64,000 nt of DNA from a virus, in the IMG/VR virus record IMGVR_UViG_3300035698_010610, positions 26,315 through 90,314 of that record. One strand, 5' to 3'. Below, piece by piece: positions 55,345-64,000 of the stretch. Position numbers and translations under genes: made by a program. The stretch's first letter is position 1. The number at the start of each line of letters is the position of its first letter. Under the pieces are notes generated by a model. That model made no database searches. It was not told the origin of the DNA and saw nothing but the letters and a program-made list of their open reading frames with translations.

Positions 55345-56401
55345 AGTACGCCTCCTTCGCCGCTTTGCAGACCTGCTTGATCTGCTCCGCGGCCAATCCA
55401 GGCCCGGACGGCATGAACACCGTGCATTCCGCAAATTTGCGGGTGGGCGAGTTGATGTCCTCGGCAATCGGTCCGCCGCAATATCGCGCCCACAGATTGT
55501 CGGTCAATACCGGATAAAGTTTTTCGCACACGATGTCGCGGCAACGCATCTCTGCAACGAACCGATCTGCATGCCCGCAACTCCAACACATCACCTGCGG
55601 CATCCATCCAACAGAAACGGGCAGTCCTTGGCCGCGGAGCGATGCGGTGTAGTTGGTGTAATACCGCGTCCATCGCTCATCGACTTGCGGTAGTTGCGAC
55701 CGGACCATTGCAGCCCGGATGTCGTCGAGCCGCAGGTTGTTTCCGACCTGTACAGACCTTCGGGTCTGTCGCCACCCGCAACCGCCGTGGTCGCAATAGT
55801 CACGGACAAGGCGGGCAAGCTCCGAGCTATCCGTCAGGATCGCCCCGCCTTGTCCGCACGTCACCCATTTCGTTGCTGCGAACGACAAGACGCCAGCGTG
55901 CCCCAGCAACGGTTCGCGCTTCGGTCCGAGCGAACACGCCATGTCCTCAAGCAGGAGCATCCCGTGGGGTAGCCGGTCCAAAACTTCCTCAAGCCCAGAC
56001 GTTGAACCGTTGTGGCGAATGAAGACAAGCGCGTCGTATATTGCCGGGTCAATTCCCGCGACTTCATCAGGGTCGACGTTCGCGCTTTCGTTCACCTCCA
56101 CCGTCCCGAGCCGCCACCCTTGGTCGACAGCCGCTTCGGCCGCAGCGAAGTATCCGTACCTCGGAACGCACACGGCGGGGGATTCGATGACCGGCGTGAG
56201 TGCCCGAAACAGAACGTGCAGCGCGGCGGAACCACTGACCGTACAAACGCAATGCCTGCATTCGTACCTGCTGGCAAGTGACGCCTCCAACTCGCGAACC
56301 AGAGGCCCCGGTCCGATGTGCCGGGTCGTTATCGCGCTCGTGACGGCAAGCAGCGATGCTTGTGGCAGATCAGGCGTCCACAGTGGGATCAGTTCGGGCA
56401 T
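55328..56401 (-). CDS. DegT/DnrJ/EryC1/StrS PLP aminotransferase (perosamine-synthase-like)
   Basis: SGSAALH, LLEDMACSLG, LSFAATKWVTCGQGG, GNNLRL. Confidence 0.88.
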   Translation of the reverse strand: MPELIPLWTPDLPQASLLAVTSAITTRHIGPGPLVRELEASLASRYECRHCVCTVSGSAALHVLFRALTPVIESPAVCVPRYGYFAAAEAAVDQGWRLGTVEVNESANVDPDEVAGIDPAIYDALVFIRHNGSTSGLEEVLDRLPHGMLLLEDMACSLGPKREPLLGHAGVLSFAATKWVTCGQGGAILTDSSELARLVRDYCDHGGCGWRQTRRSVQVGNNLRLDDIRAAMVRSQLPQVDERWTRYYTNYTASLRGQGLPVSVGWMPQVMCWSCGHADRFVAEMRCRDIVCEKLYPVLTDNLWARYCGGPIAEDINSPTRKFAECTVFMPSGPGLAAEQIKQVCKAAKEAYYATRG

Positions 56402-56816
56402 CGTCGATCATCTCCTTGTCGCGTTCGCGTCCTGGGTACGGGCCAACCTTGAATTCGTAGACGCACGAATCTTCATTGAGCTTGTAGGCGTGGCCGCCGT
56501 CGAGCATTAGGACCATGTCGCCAGCCCCCAGTTCGCACGAGGCGATCCTCTTGCTGTTCGTGTCGTAGAACGTGACGCCGACCCGACCCTTGATGACAAC
56601 CCACACCTCGGCCGCTTTCTGCACGCCGCGATTATGCGGCAGGTGTTTGTGTGCGCCATAGCTGCGGCCTGCGCACTCGTTGATTGTCGCCGCCTGGAGG
56701 GCCGCCGCGTGGTCGGTCAAATTGACGCGGCCGGGGCAGCGTTCCATGTCCCAGCGGCGGTTGACGATTGCGAGTAGCTTGCCGGGAGTCGCCCGGCTTT
56801 TCACTTCCCATCCCAT
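56370..56816 (-). CDS. Cupin-fold protein of sugar-nucleotide clusters
   Basis: AHKH...EVWVVIKG...GDMV...GGHAY...EFKVGPY. Confidence 0.75.
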   Translation of the reverse strand: MGWEVKSRATPGKLLAIVNRRWDMERCPGRVNLTDHAAALQAATINECAGRSYGAHKHLPHNRGVQKAAEVWVVIKGRVGVTFYDTNSKRIASCELGAGDMVLMLDGGHAYKLNEDSCVYEFKVGPYPGRERDKEMIDDARTDPTVDA

Positions 56817-57832
56817 TTCAGTACCTCCTGCCAGTGGTTGACGATCTCTTCGATGATCTCCGCGAACTGCCGCGTCGGCGTCCACCCCAGCAGTTCCTGC
56901 GACTCGGTGCTATCGCCTCGCAGAAATTTGAGTTCGTCCGGCCGCATGAACTGCGGATCTTGCTGGACGTGCAGCCGCCAGTCAAGGCCGAGGGGCCGGA
57001 ATGCCAGCGCGAGAAGGTCGCGAATCGAATGCGACGTGCCCGTTGCGATCAACCAGTCCCTCGGTGTTTCATAGTCCAAGATCAAGTCCATCGCCTGGAC
57101 ATAGTCGGCCGCGTGCCCCCAGTCCCGCTCGCTGTCCAGGTTCCCCATCCACAGCGTTCCGTCGCCTTTGCCGTTGGCGATCTCGACGGCCCGCTTGCAG
57201 ACTTTCGCCGTCACGAAATTCGATCCGCGCCGAGGCGACTCGTGATTGAACAGGACGCCGTTGCAGGCGTGCATTCCGTATGCTTGCCGGTAATGCCGGA
57301 CCAGATGAAACGCCGCGAGTTTCGCGCACCCGTACGGACTGACCGGTTGCATCGGAGTCGTGAGCCGCTGGAACCCATCGTCGTCTACCGAGTTGCCGAA
57401 CATCTCCGAAGACGACGCTTGATAGAACGACGCCTGCGGGACAACGGCACGACAGGCTTCGAGCATGTTCAGCACGCCTACCGCATTCACGTCGAACGTA
57501 AAGCGTGGCACATCAAACGACACACGAACGTGCGACTGGCTCGCCAAATTGAATACGCGGTCGGGCTTGAATTCCCGCAACGCCCGAACCAACGACGGCG
57601 GGTCGGTCAGGTCGCCGTAGGTCGTGCGGATGAGTTCTTGCTCTTCAAGGAAAGCGATCCGCGTTGACTGATGTTCCGGTGTGCTGTTGCGGCGGACGAT
57701 GCCGCACACGGCCTCCCCTTTCCCGATCAGATGTTCCGCAAGATAGCTGCCGTCTTGGCCGGCGATGCCAGTGATGAAATTGACGCGCCGCCGGTTCGTC
57801 ATTTCCACAGGCGTCTCCATTTTCGTTCCCAT
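56801..57832 (-). CDS. gmd: GDP-mannose 4,6-dehydratase
   Basis: FITGIAGQDGSYLAE, NLASQSHVRVSF, YQASSSEMFG, SPYGCAK, LFNHESPRRG, RDWGHA; start codon uncertain (57802-57832). Confidence 0.95.
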   Translation of the reverse strand: MGTKMETPVEMTNRRRVNFITGIAGQDGSYLAEHLIGKGEAVCGIVRRNSTPEHQSTRIAFLEEQELIRTTYGDLTDPPSLVRALREFKPDRVFNLASQSHVRVSFDVPRFTFDVNAVGVLNMLEACRAVVPQASFYQASSSEMFGNSVDDDGFQRLTTPMQPVSPYGCAKLAAFHLVRHYRQAYGMHACNGVLFNHESPRRGSNFVTAKVCKRAVEIANGKGDGTLWMGNLDSERDWGHAADYVQAMDLILDYETPRDWLIATGTSHSIRDLLALAFRPLGLDWRLHVQQDPQFMRPDELKFLRGDSTESQELLGWTPTRQFAEIIEEIVNHWQEVLKWDGK

Positions 57833-57992
57833 TTCCTTCTTCTCCTTTGGCTGCTTTCCTGCGACCCAAACAACGTTCGCATGGGCCATGAATATCTTAC
57901 CGCCAAGAACACAGCGAGTTGCAGCGACTCTACTGCCGCCCGCAATGTCCGCATTTGGCCCGTCAGGGTTTCCTGCTGGTCGCAAGGCATCG

Positions 57993-58367
57993 CTATTCCT
58001 CCAGGGTAATGCGCCGGGTCGAGTTGACCGGGCTCTGCGGTTTCGGTGACAACGGCCCGTCAGCCCCCGCGCTGCCCATGACAACCGGCGGCCTCCATGA
58101 CGGAAGGCTATGGCTTGCCGCCCAACTGTATTTGATCGCGTCGATGAGGTCATCATGCAATGGCGACGGCACGGCCGATTGAACGGGAGGTATCTTCCTG
58201 GCGGCCTCTGCGAAGTTCTGCATCGCCTTCGCGGCTTCAGCCGCAGTGGCGCTCGTTGACCGCACCGCCTTGCTCATCAGGTCCACTGCGGTCGTTACAT
58301 TGCTTGTTGAAAACGTGCCGCCCGGTTTCGCGGGATCAACTCCAGACACATGTACTTTCAGTGTCAT
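57993..58367 (-). CDS. Hypothetical protein
   Basis: ORF in operon, ends RRITLEE. Confidence 0.5.
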   Translation of the reverse strand: MTLKVHVSGVDPAKPGGTFSTSNVTTAVDLMSKAVRSTSATAAEAAKAMQNFAEAARKIPPVQSAVPSPLHDDLIDAIKYSWAASHSLPSWRPPVVMGSAGADGPLSPKPQSPVNSTRRITLEE

Positions 58368-58369
58368 TG

Positions 58370-59002
58370 CTATTCCTCAAGGCTGATTCTCCGCTGCGCC
58401 GACATCGGCGATGGAGGTTTGATTTTGACGGGCGGCTTGTAGACCCCGGTGCGGATGTCCTCAGTCAGGTTCCCGGTCGTCGTGTATTTTGCGGGTATCG
58501 TAAGGTGCTTCAACGGCTTCGGCTTCGGCTCTGGTGCTGGCGCTTCGACGCCGAACTGCGGAAGGAAATTCCCGATATCCATAAGGTGCCCCGGTGTCGG
58601 TGTCAGCCACCCGCAGGCAAGGGACCGAAGCCGCAGCGTGGCAGTGCAATACGCCGAATCAAACCCGGTGTTTATGCTGTACTCCGAAGCGACGAAATTG
58701 CCGGTCACGCCGTTCAGTTGGGTGGAGTCTTGGAAATCCACGGCCACGGCCTGCCCGAGCAGTCCCTCAAGCGCGACCTCCCATCCGACGTTGTGCCACG
58801 GCACGAGAATATCAAGGTCGATGGTGATCGTCGGTGCCAGCAAGAGAGGGCTGGCGATGCCGTTCGGTGAATACATCGACACGTCCGGTTGCTCGGTGTC
58901 CAAAGCGGCGCTTTCGATCTCGGCTGCGAACAACGTGGGGAGCGCACCCGAATTCAGACGGCATCGAAGCGTTTGCGATTGGACAATGTGCGATGCCATC
59001 AT
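58370..59002 (-). CDS. Hypothetical protein
   Basis: GGAGG RBS, ATGA overlap; ends RRISLEE. Confidence 0.55.
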   Translation of the reverse strand: MMASHIVQSQTLRCRLNSGALPTLFAAEIESAALDTEQPDVSMYSPNGIASPLLLAPTITIDLDILVPWHNVGWEVALEGLLGQAVAVDFQDSTQLNGVTGNFVASEYSINTGFDSAYCTATLRLRSLACGWLTPTPGHLMDIGNFLPQFGVEAPAPEPKPKPLKHLTIPAKYTTTGNLTEDIRTGVYKPPVKIKPPSPMSAQRRISLEE

Positions 59003-59706
59003 TTCCTCCAGCACGCGAAGACCGGGGAGCGTCGCCAAATTTCAATCAATCCGGACGCTTGCGACGCCGCTTGCATTACCCGTTGATAAACGTATTGGTC
59101 GCGGTCCGTGCCGGTTGCGTTGTCGTAGATAATGATGCTGCCGCCATCGATCAACCGCGACCGCATCCAGATAAACGCCTCGGCCCACGCTTCGGCCAAC
59201 TCCTCGCAGAACCGCCACCGCTGGGCCTTCGCGTCATGGTTGACGTGATGCGGCTCGCCCGTCAGGAAATTCGAGTACGACTGCGCCCACGAGCCCTGCG
59301 AGTTGAACAGGGCGACGCTATTCTCGCCAGGGAAGTCGCCGCCAACCAGCGATTGCCAGCCGGTATAGGAAACCGGAAGCCGTTGCCGGTGGTGCATTAG
59401 CCGCGAGAGGTTCCAATAGTCATCGCCCATTCCATCCTCACCGCTCGGCGGTTCGACGCCCATCACCGGACACCCGGAGTGGAGACAGAGTTCAAGGAAT
59501 TCGCCGGGGCCGGGGCCGATGTCGAACACCACGCCCGGCGTCCCGTTCTTCACGAATGGGCACACGGCCTCGATGTAGTCCGCCTTGGCCTTCAGTCTCG
59601 CGGCGCGGTTGTATTTCTTCCGCATGTACGAGGTCGATGCCGCCTCCTCATAGTCACTGAGCCACTGCCGGGATGGAATTTCAAGCAGATCGAGTTCTGG
59701 GGTCAT
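58999..59706 (-). CDS. Class I SAM methyltransferase
   Basis: VFDIGPGPGEFL...GVE...LIDGGSIII. Confidence 0.75.
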   Translation of the reverse strand: MTPELDLLEIPSRQWLSDYEEAASTSYMRKKYNRAARLKAKADYIEAVCPFVKNGTPGVVFDIGPGPGEFLELCLHSGCPVMGVEPPSGEDGMGDDYWNLSRLMHHRQRLPVSYTGWQSLVGGDFPGENSVALFNSQGSWAQSYSNFLTGEPHHVNHDAKAQRWRFCEELAEAWAEAFIWMRSRLIDGGSIIIYDNATGTDRDQYVYQRVMQAASQASGLIEIWRRSPVFACWRK

Positions 59707-60421
59707 AGCCGATCAATTCTAGCATGGCTTTCCGAGCTTCCGTGACCCGGGCACGGTGCCCTGGTTCGCGATAAATTGCCTCATCCCCCGTCGCGCCCGG
59801 CAGGAGTTCAAAGTCAGCGGGGATGATCTCGTGCCGCCGCCGGAGCCCTATTGAGAATACCCGATCTGCTTTTGACTCCAATAGGCCATCGACCCCATGC
59901 ACGGAAACCCACGGCCGAAACGCCTCGTCGATCCACCTCCGATCGAACGCCGCCCCCCACCCCAGCAGCACCTCCTGAGCGTCACCCCAAACCAGCGAGC
60001 GGTGCAGCTTGGCGTGTCCAGGCGGCATAGCGGCAACGATCCGCAATGGGTCGCGGCAGAAGGCGGCGAGGATCGCATCCCAGTTGCGTGGCTCGTTGTC
60101 GTCGTCGCAGGTCAGAATCAGATCGTTGCGAGCAATTCGGGCGGCCTCGAACCGCCCCCAAGTCCGGGCGTTTCGTGGCGACTGAATCACGCGGACCTCC
60201 TGACGCCCCCACGGGCCGACCGGCAGGACGCCGGAATTGTCCCAGATCAACACCTCGTCGACCGCCGGGATTGCCAGCAGCCCCCTGGCAATCTGGGCAA
60301 GATTTGCGGGCCGAGCCCAATTGAGGAGCACGCCCGTCACCCCGGAACCTGCTAGGGTCGAAGGAAACCCGTTCATCTTGGCCGCCCTTGCGTTCAAATG
60401 GTCCGGTTGAATATCCAACAC
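59681..60421 (-). CDS. GT-A glycosyltransferase (paralog of 54655-55344)
   Basis: LNWARPAN, IWDN, TCDDD, LGWGAAFDRRWI, KADRVFSI. Confidence 0.75.
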   Translation of the reverse strand: MLDIQPDHLNARAAKMNGFPSTLAGSGVTGVLLNWARPANLAQIARGLLAIPAVDEVLIWDNSGVLPVGPWGRQEVRVIQSPRNARTWGRFEAARIARNDLILTCDDDNEPRNWDAILAAFCRDPLRIVAAMPPGHAKLHRSLVWGDAQEVLLGWGAAFDRRWIDEAFRPWVSVHGVDGLLESKADRVFSIGLRRRHEIIPADFELLPGATGDEAIYREPGHRARVTEARKAMLELIGYDPRTRSA

Positions 60422-60450
60422 GGGAACCCGTTCGAGCTGTCAAACAGCGT

Positions 60451-61137
60451 TTACGGGCGTTCTGACGGGGGGAACGATAACCACTTCCCCGCCCGGCGGG
60501 CTGGCGTCTTGGCGTTCCAGTCTCGCCGCCGGGTGGAGGCGTCCCCGATGTGCTCCACGAAACCGGGGCAGTGCTGAACCCACGGGAGTTGTTTTTCCCG
60601 GCAGAACCGGCCGAGCCATATCTCCGTCATGGCCAACGCCCCTCGGCCTGGACGTGCCAGCAAGAGGCGGCGAGCAGATGCGGCTGGCAGGACAATTGCC
60701 AAGGCGCCGTAGCATCGTCGAGGCAGATCGTCGCCAACAATTTCAAACCAGCCTCTCGGCCGATCCCGCTGCGTAAATTCTGAGGTGTAAAGCGACAGGA
60801 CGCCCGGCTGTTTGCCAACCGTCGGCCATAGCTGCGGCTCCAGCCACGCCCGCAGGTCGCGGCAAACGTAGATGTCGTCCTGGAAGATCAGGTAAGCGTC
60901 TGCGGCTGGCCGCTTTGCAACCATCTCGCCTACTGCTCGGAAGAAGTTGGGCCATGGCCCCTTGGCGACCGTGCTTTCGCTCGCACGATGCGTTGCCGGG
61001 ACCGGGGAGCCCGGCTCACTGTAAACCGTTGGCGATTCCCAACCCGCCGCAGCGATAGACTGTAGAGTTGTAGGCAGGTAATTGGCACCATCGCGAAGCG
61101 ACGTTGTAACGCCAACTGACCAACGAAAGCGGCCCAT
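60451..61137 (-). CDS. GT-A glycosyltransferase
   Basis: YLPTTLQSI, YLIFQDD, YGALAI, FVEHIG. Confidence 0.7.
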   Translation of the reverse strand: MGRFRWSVGVTTSLRDGANYLPTTLQSIAAAGWESPTVYSEPGSPVPATHRASESTVAKGPWPNFFRAVGEMVAKRPAADAYLIFQDDIYVCRDLRAWLEPQLWPTVGKQPGVLSLYTSEFTQRDRPRGWFEIVGDDLPRRCYGALAIVLPAASARRLLLARPGRGALAMTEIWLGRFCREKQLPWVQHCPGFVEHIGDASTRRRDWNAKTPARRAGKWLSFPPSERP

Positions 61138-61141
61138 CGGT

Positions 61142-61786
61142 TCACGGTTCTCCTCCAAAATGATACTGCCCTCGCTCAATTGTCGGCGCGTCGTGCTCGG
61201 CAACGAGCGACGCCGCATGGTCATCGTAGAGTTCCGCAGACGATCCGCCCTGCGTGCTGTTGAGGTGGCTCAAGTTCCGCAACCGCTCCAGGTCAACCGG
61301 CAGGTCATCCTCCATTCGCTCCAAGCGTATCACGTCACCGACCTCCGTACCATCCGCCCACTGCCACCACTCGTGCTGCGGGCGGGTGAAGTCGAACCGC
61401 AGCCGCTTCCGGTGAGCCTTTCCAGCAACCGCCAACGCCACCCACTCGCAGGACGGTGGCCAGTCGCATCGCTCTCGCAGGAACCGCCAGATGGAGGCGT
61501 ACCGATCCCACGGGTTGCGGATGATGATGAACGGCCGCGACCGCTCGAATAGAGATCGCGGCACGAAGTCTCGCTTGACCAACTCGCGGGGCTGGTAATG
61601 ATGGCAGGCCAAGATCGGTCCACCGTCGAGCGGATATTGCGTGATGACTGGCTTGGCGGCGCTGTACGGTTCACGGATCAGGATGTCCTGACCACGAGAA
61701 GCGAGGCGAGTATGCAGCGACGTTCCGCCAGTCCGTGGTATCCACACCCAAAGCCTACGACCACCGGCCATCAGGACAGCCCCCAT
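61142..61786 (-). CDS. Sulfotransferase family 2
   Basis: WIPRTGGTS, IIRNPWDRYASIW, PQHEW, IRLE, HLN. Confidence 0.82.
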   Translation of the reverse strand: MGAVLMAGGRRLWVWIPRTGGTSLHTRLASRGQDILIREPYSAAKPVITQYPLDGGPILACHHYQPRELVKRDFVPRSLFERSRPFIIIRNPWDRYASIWRFLRERCDWPPSCEWVALAVAGKAHRKRLRFDFTRPQHEWWQWADGTEVGDVIRLERMEDDLPVDLERLRNLSHLNSTQGGSSAELYDDHAASLVAEHDAPTIERGQYHFGGEP

Positions 61787-62320
61787 CTATCTGCGGGTTT
61801 GGGGTTCGTGCTTCGCCCACCCGCCGTGAGCGACAGTAAAGCCCGCGTTGAGTACCTTCATGCTGAACGCAGAGCAAATGCAGCCTCGAATGTTGCACCC
61901 GTCGTCCGTGTAATCCCAAGCAAACCACGGAGGCTTGATACGCTCCAGAACGGAACGGTGGCACCGCCACAACGCACAGTGCATCGACGACGCCGGACCC
62001 CATGTCGTTTCATGTGAGAATTCACCTTCGTATTCGCAGCCGACAACGTCGGCGTCGATTTCCAGGAACGGCGCGGTCTGCCTCGGGTTCGGCCGAATGT
62101 CGTTGTCAGCAAAAATGAACTGCTCCGCGTTCGTCTTCAACGCGACGTGCTTGATCCCGTAGTTGTACGCGCAGCAGATGTCGCGAAACATGCCCGTGTG
62201 CGTTCGCACCCTTTCCCGGGGAATCCCGACAGCGTGCAACCACTCGATCAGGTCAAGTGTGACCAGATTGTTCGGGTACGCGAGAATGACGGCGATGGTT
62301 TTCTCGGGGTCAAACCGCAT
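61787..62320 (-). CDS. Small GT-A-like protein
   Basis: CAYN...FIFADNDI...ADVVG...VLERIKPPWF. Confidence 0.6.
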   Translation of the reverse strand: MRFDPEKTIAVILAYPNNLVTLDLIEWLHAVGIPRERVRTHTGMFRDICCAYNYGIKHVALKTNAEQFIFADNDIRPNPRQTAPFLEIDADVVGCEYEGEFSHETTWGPASSMHCALWRCHRSVLERIKPPWFAWDYTDDGCNIRGCICSAFSMKVLNAGFTVAHGGWAKHEPQTRR

Positions 62321-63994
62321 TTACTCGAACCTCTCGATGATGAAAAGGGCATAGAAGTTTGGCCTGTTGTCCGTCAGGTCGTGCGTGTCGTGCGCCTTGA
62401 AGTCGGCATCCCCGCCAGCGGAGTCAATGCCGTCAGTCGTCGATCCAGTAACCCACATCCATACTTGCGTTCCGGCTTCCTCTACGACCGAAACCGCGCA
62501 CGACCCGTCGTGGTGGTGCGCAGTGTGGTCTACGTGGTCGGTGTGATTGTTGGTGGCACCCGTTCCGTCCTTCCCGTGATAATCGTATCCGCCCGTGGCG
62601 GCTAGGGCATATTCATTCTCCCTCGCCCCTTCCGTCCAGACGCCAGCGCCGACGGGGAATTTACCTTTGAGTGCCGCTAACACCCGCCACCCCTCGGGGA
62701 TGCTCGCCTCCGAGGCGTTCCACATTTTCACCGTGCCGATTTTGTCGTCCATGTAATCGGTCACGCAGACGCGGATCAGCACGTCGCTTTCGTCCTTCGA
62801 CCAGAGGTAGCCGATGACTGCGTCTGCAAAGATGCACGGGTCGCCCGACATCCCGTTGGCGTCGTGCGGAAGCTGAACGTAGAATGCGTCGCCCGTTACA
62901 CCGGTGCCGTCTGCGTCGCAGTTCTTGCAGGACACTTGACTCCCGGACCAGTCGGATTGCGCTTTCGCCCATCGTATCAGCGGTGTACTGTAGTCCGAGT
63001 CGCAAGTGTAAGCTCCGCATTCAGATTCCTCGTAGGCGATCACGTCGCCAGTGGCAACGGAATGCGTAAACCAGTCGCGCTCCGGCAACACCACGTCGAT
63101 GGTCGTTTCTGTGTCCGGGCTGGCCCCGAGGCAGTCGTCACATGGATTGATCTGAACCCACGGACAATCATGCGACACGTCTGCGTCGGCAGACGCCTGC
63201 GTGGCTTTACCCCATTGCACCGTGCCGCCGGGTGCCCCGCAGAGGAAGACGTACCTCCCCAGCCTGTCGTCCCACTGCGCTTTGAACTTGTCCCCGGCGG
63301 AACCGCTAAATTTGTAATTCGCGGCAGCCGCCTCGTTGTAAACCGTAATCGGCGACGAATAGGATGCAAGCGGATTGTAGCCGTCCCAGTAACGATCGAC
63401 GGTGCAAGACTGGCTTGCGTCTGTCGTCGCCATGTCGTAACTGAGCGTCACCTTGATGAACTGGGCAATCATGTCCATCTCGACGATTTCCCAGCGGCGG
63501 GAGTCAGGCATGTACTTGGCGAAACCGTCGGCCCCCGTTTGCCCGCCGAGCGTCGCTGGTTTGCTGAATTTGCCGAGCATGTCCCAAACGGTGAATTCGA
63601 CTTCCGGCTTCCCCGTCCCCGACGTTTCATAAACCGCGCCATCGCCGTAAAGCAGTTTCGCAGTCGCGGAACCATCTAGCGACAAGGCCGCTGTCAACTC
63701 GAATCGCCACAAGTCCATTGGCGGCGTTATCATCTCCCATCGACCGGTCTGCGGGTTCAGCCCGGCATAGACTCGCGAACCGATCCCGTGCGGGAAAATG
63801 CCCCCTCCGATCCCGGCCGTGTCGTGGATGTTCGTGGGATGATAGAGCGTTGCGGTGCGCGGGCCGGAGCTGCCGTCAAGTGTGTATTTCCAATCGCCGT
63901 GCAGCAGGAGTGCTTTTGCGTTCTCTGCCCGCATGCAGTCGGGGTTGTCCGCGTCAACAATTGCACCGACCCCAATCGTGCCCGGCCGCTTCAT
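62321..63994 (-). CDS. Tail fibre/receptor-binding-like virion protein with collar-like C-terminus
   Basis: IGTVKMW...IPEGW...LKGKFPVGAG...TGG...NRPNFYALFIIER; ORF may be affected by the window edge. Confidence 0.65.
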   Translation of the reverse strand: MKRPGTIGVGAIVDADNPDCMRAENAKALLLHGDWKYTLDGSSGPRTATLYHPTNIHDTAGIGGGIFPHGIGSRVYAGLNPQTGRWEMITPPMDLWRFELTAALSLDGSATAKLLYGDGAVYETSGTGKPEVEFTVWDMLGKFSKPATLGGQTGADGFAKYMPDSRRWEIVEMDMIAQFIKVTLSYDMATTDASQSCTVDRYWDGYNPLASYSSPITVYNEAAAANYKFSGSAGDKFKAQWDDRLGRYVFLCGAPGGTVQWGKATQASADADVSHDCPWVQINPCDDCLGASPDTETTIDVVLPERDWFTHSVATGDVIAYEESECGAYTCDSDYSTPLIRWAKAQSDWSGSQVSCKNCDADGTGVTGDAFYVQLPHDANGMSGDPCIFADAVIGYLWSKDESDVLIRVCVTDYMDDKIGTVKMWNASEASIPEGWRVLAALKGKFPVGAGVWTEGARENEYALAATGGYDYHGKDGTGATNNHTDHVDHTAHHHDGSCAVSVVEEAGTQVWMWVTGSTTDGIDSAGGDADFKAHDTHDLTDNRPNFYALFIIERFE

Positions 63995-64000
63995 GGCCTC

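Larger units (their letters stand above)
1..64000. mobile_element. Tailed dsDNA phage/prophage genome segment (partial)
   Basis: Terminase large subunit, RecT, SF2 helicase, HNH, tail-fibre-like gene and dense small ORFs; no housekeeping genes; no integrase seen in the window. Confidence 0.93.

Noticed and set aside
58370-59002. Tail-tube-like fold suggested by GNFVASEYSINTG...TATLRLRS
   Set aside because: Resemblance is too weak and the context is atypical; left as hypothetical.
44500-63700. Long + strand ORFs opposite the glycan island (e.g. 48858-49874, 56768-57667, 62864-63679)
   Set aside because: Antisense shadows of GC-rich - strand genes with no motifs or RBS.
1-64000. Self-targets of the decoded array units within this window
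   Set aside because: By eye none of the decoded peptides matches a protein here (the Walker A motifs are ETGKT, GAGKS and GVGKT, not GSGKT); this was not an exhaustive search.
1-64000. tRNA/rRNA genes, integrase, transposase
   Set aside because: No cloverleaf, rRNA-like or recombinase motifs were recognised by eye; tRNAscan-SE was not run.

Overview
This window is a 64-kb segment of a GC-rich tailed dsDNA phage or prophage. A Planctomycetota host is likely, based on an SHD1-domain protein and an AAA/DUF3150/DUF1257/DUF2997 cassette. Layout from left to right: (i) 0.5-10.5 kb, a nuclease/peptidase block, a terminase large subunit, and a TAGT-type glycosyltransferase with ParB-domain partners; (ii) 11.4-44.3 kb, a long + strand early and replication region with many small ORFs, a permuted AAA ATPase cassette, methyltransferases, HNH, an intein-containing SF2 helicase and a PD-(D/E)XK nuclease-RecT pair; (iii) 44.4-64 kb, a - strand glycan-synthesis island of about 20 genes directly downstream of a tail-fibre-like gene. 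The standout locus is 38.1-40.75 kb: a RAMP/Cas7-like gene and a partner gene flanked on both sides by non-coding arrays. The arrays are strictly phased GGA-NN pentamers (about 140 in total) cut into 8-12-pentamer units by a GGCTGTAAC separator, with RNA hairpins and a terminator at their edges. This is a candidate phage RNA-guided system whose information sits only in the variable dinucleotides. Also notable: the helicase intein carries its LAGLIDADG endonuclease in a different, fully overlapping reading frame, and the AAA ATPase has Walker B placed before Walker A. All family assignments come from motif recognition by eye and all counts were made by hand; no searches were run.
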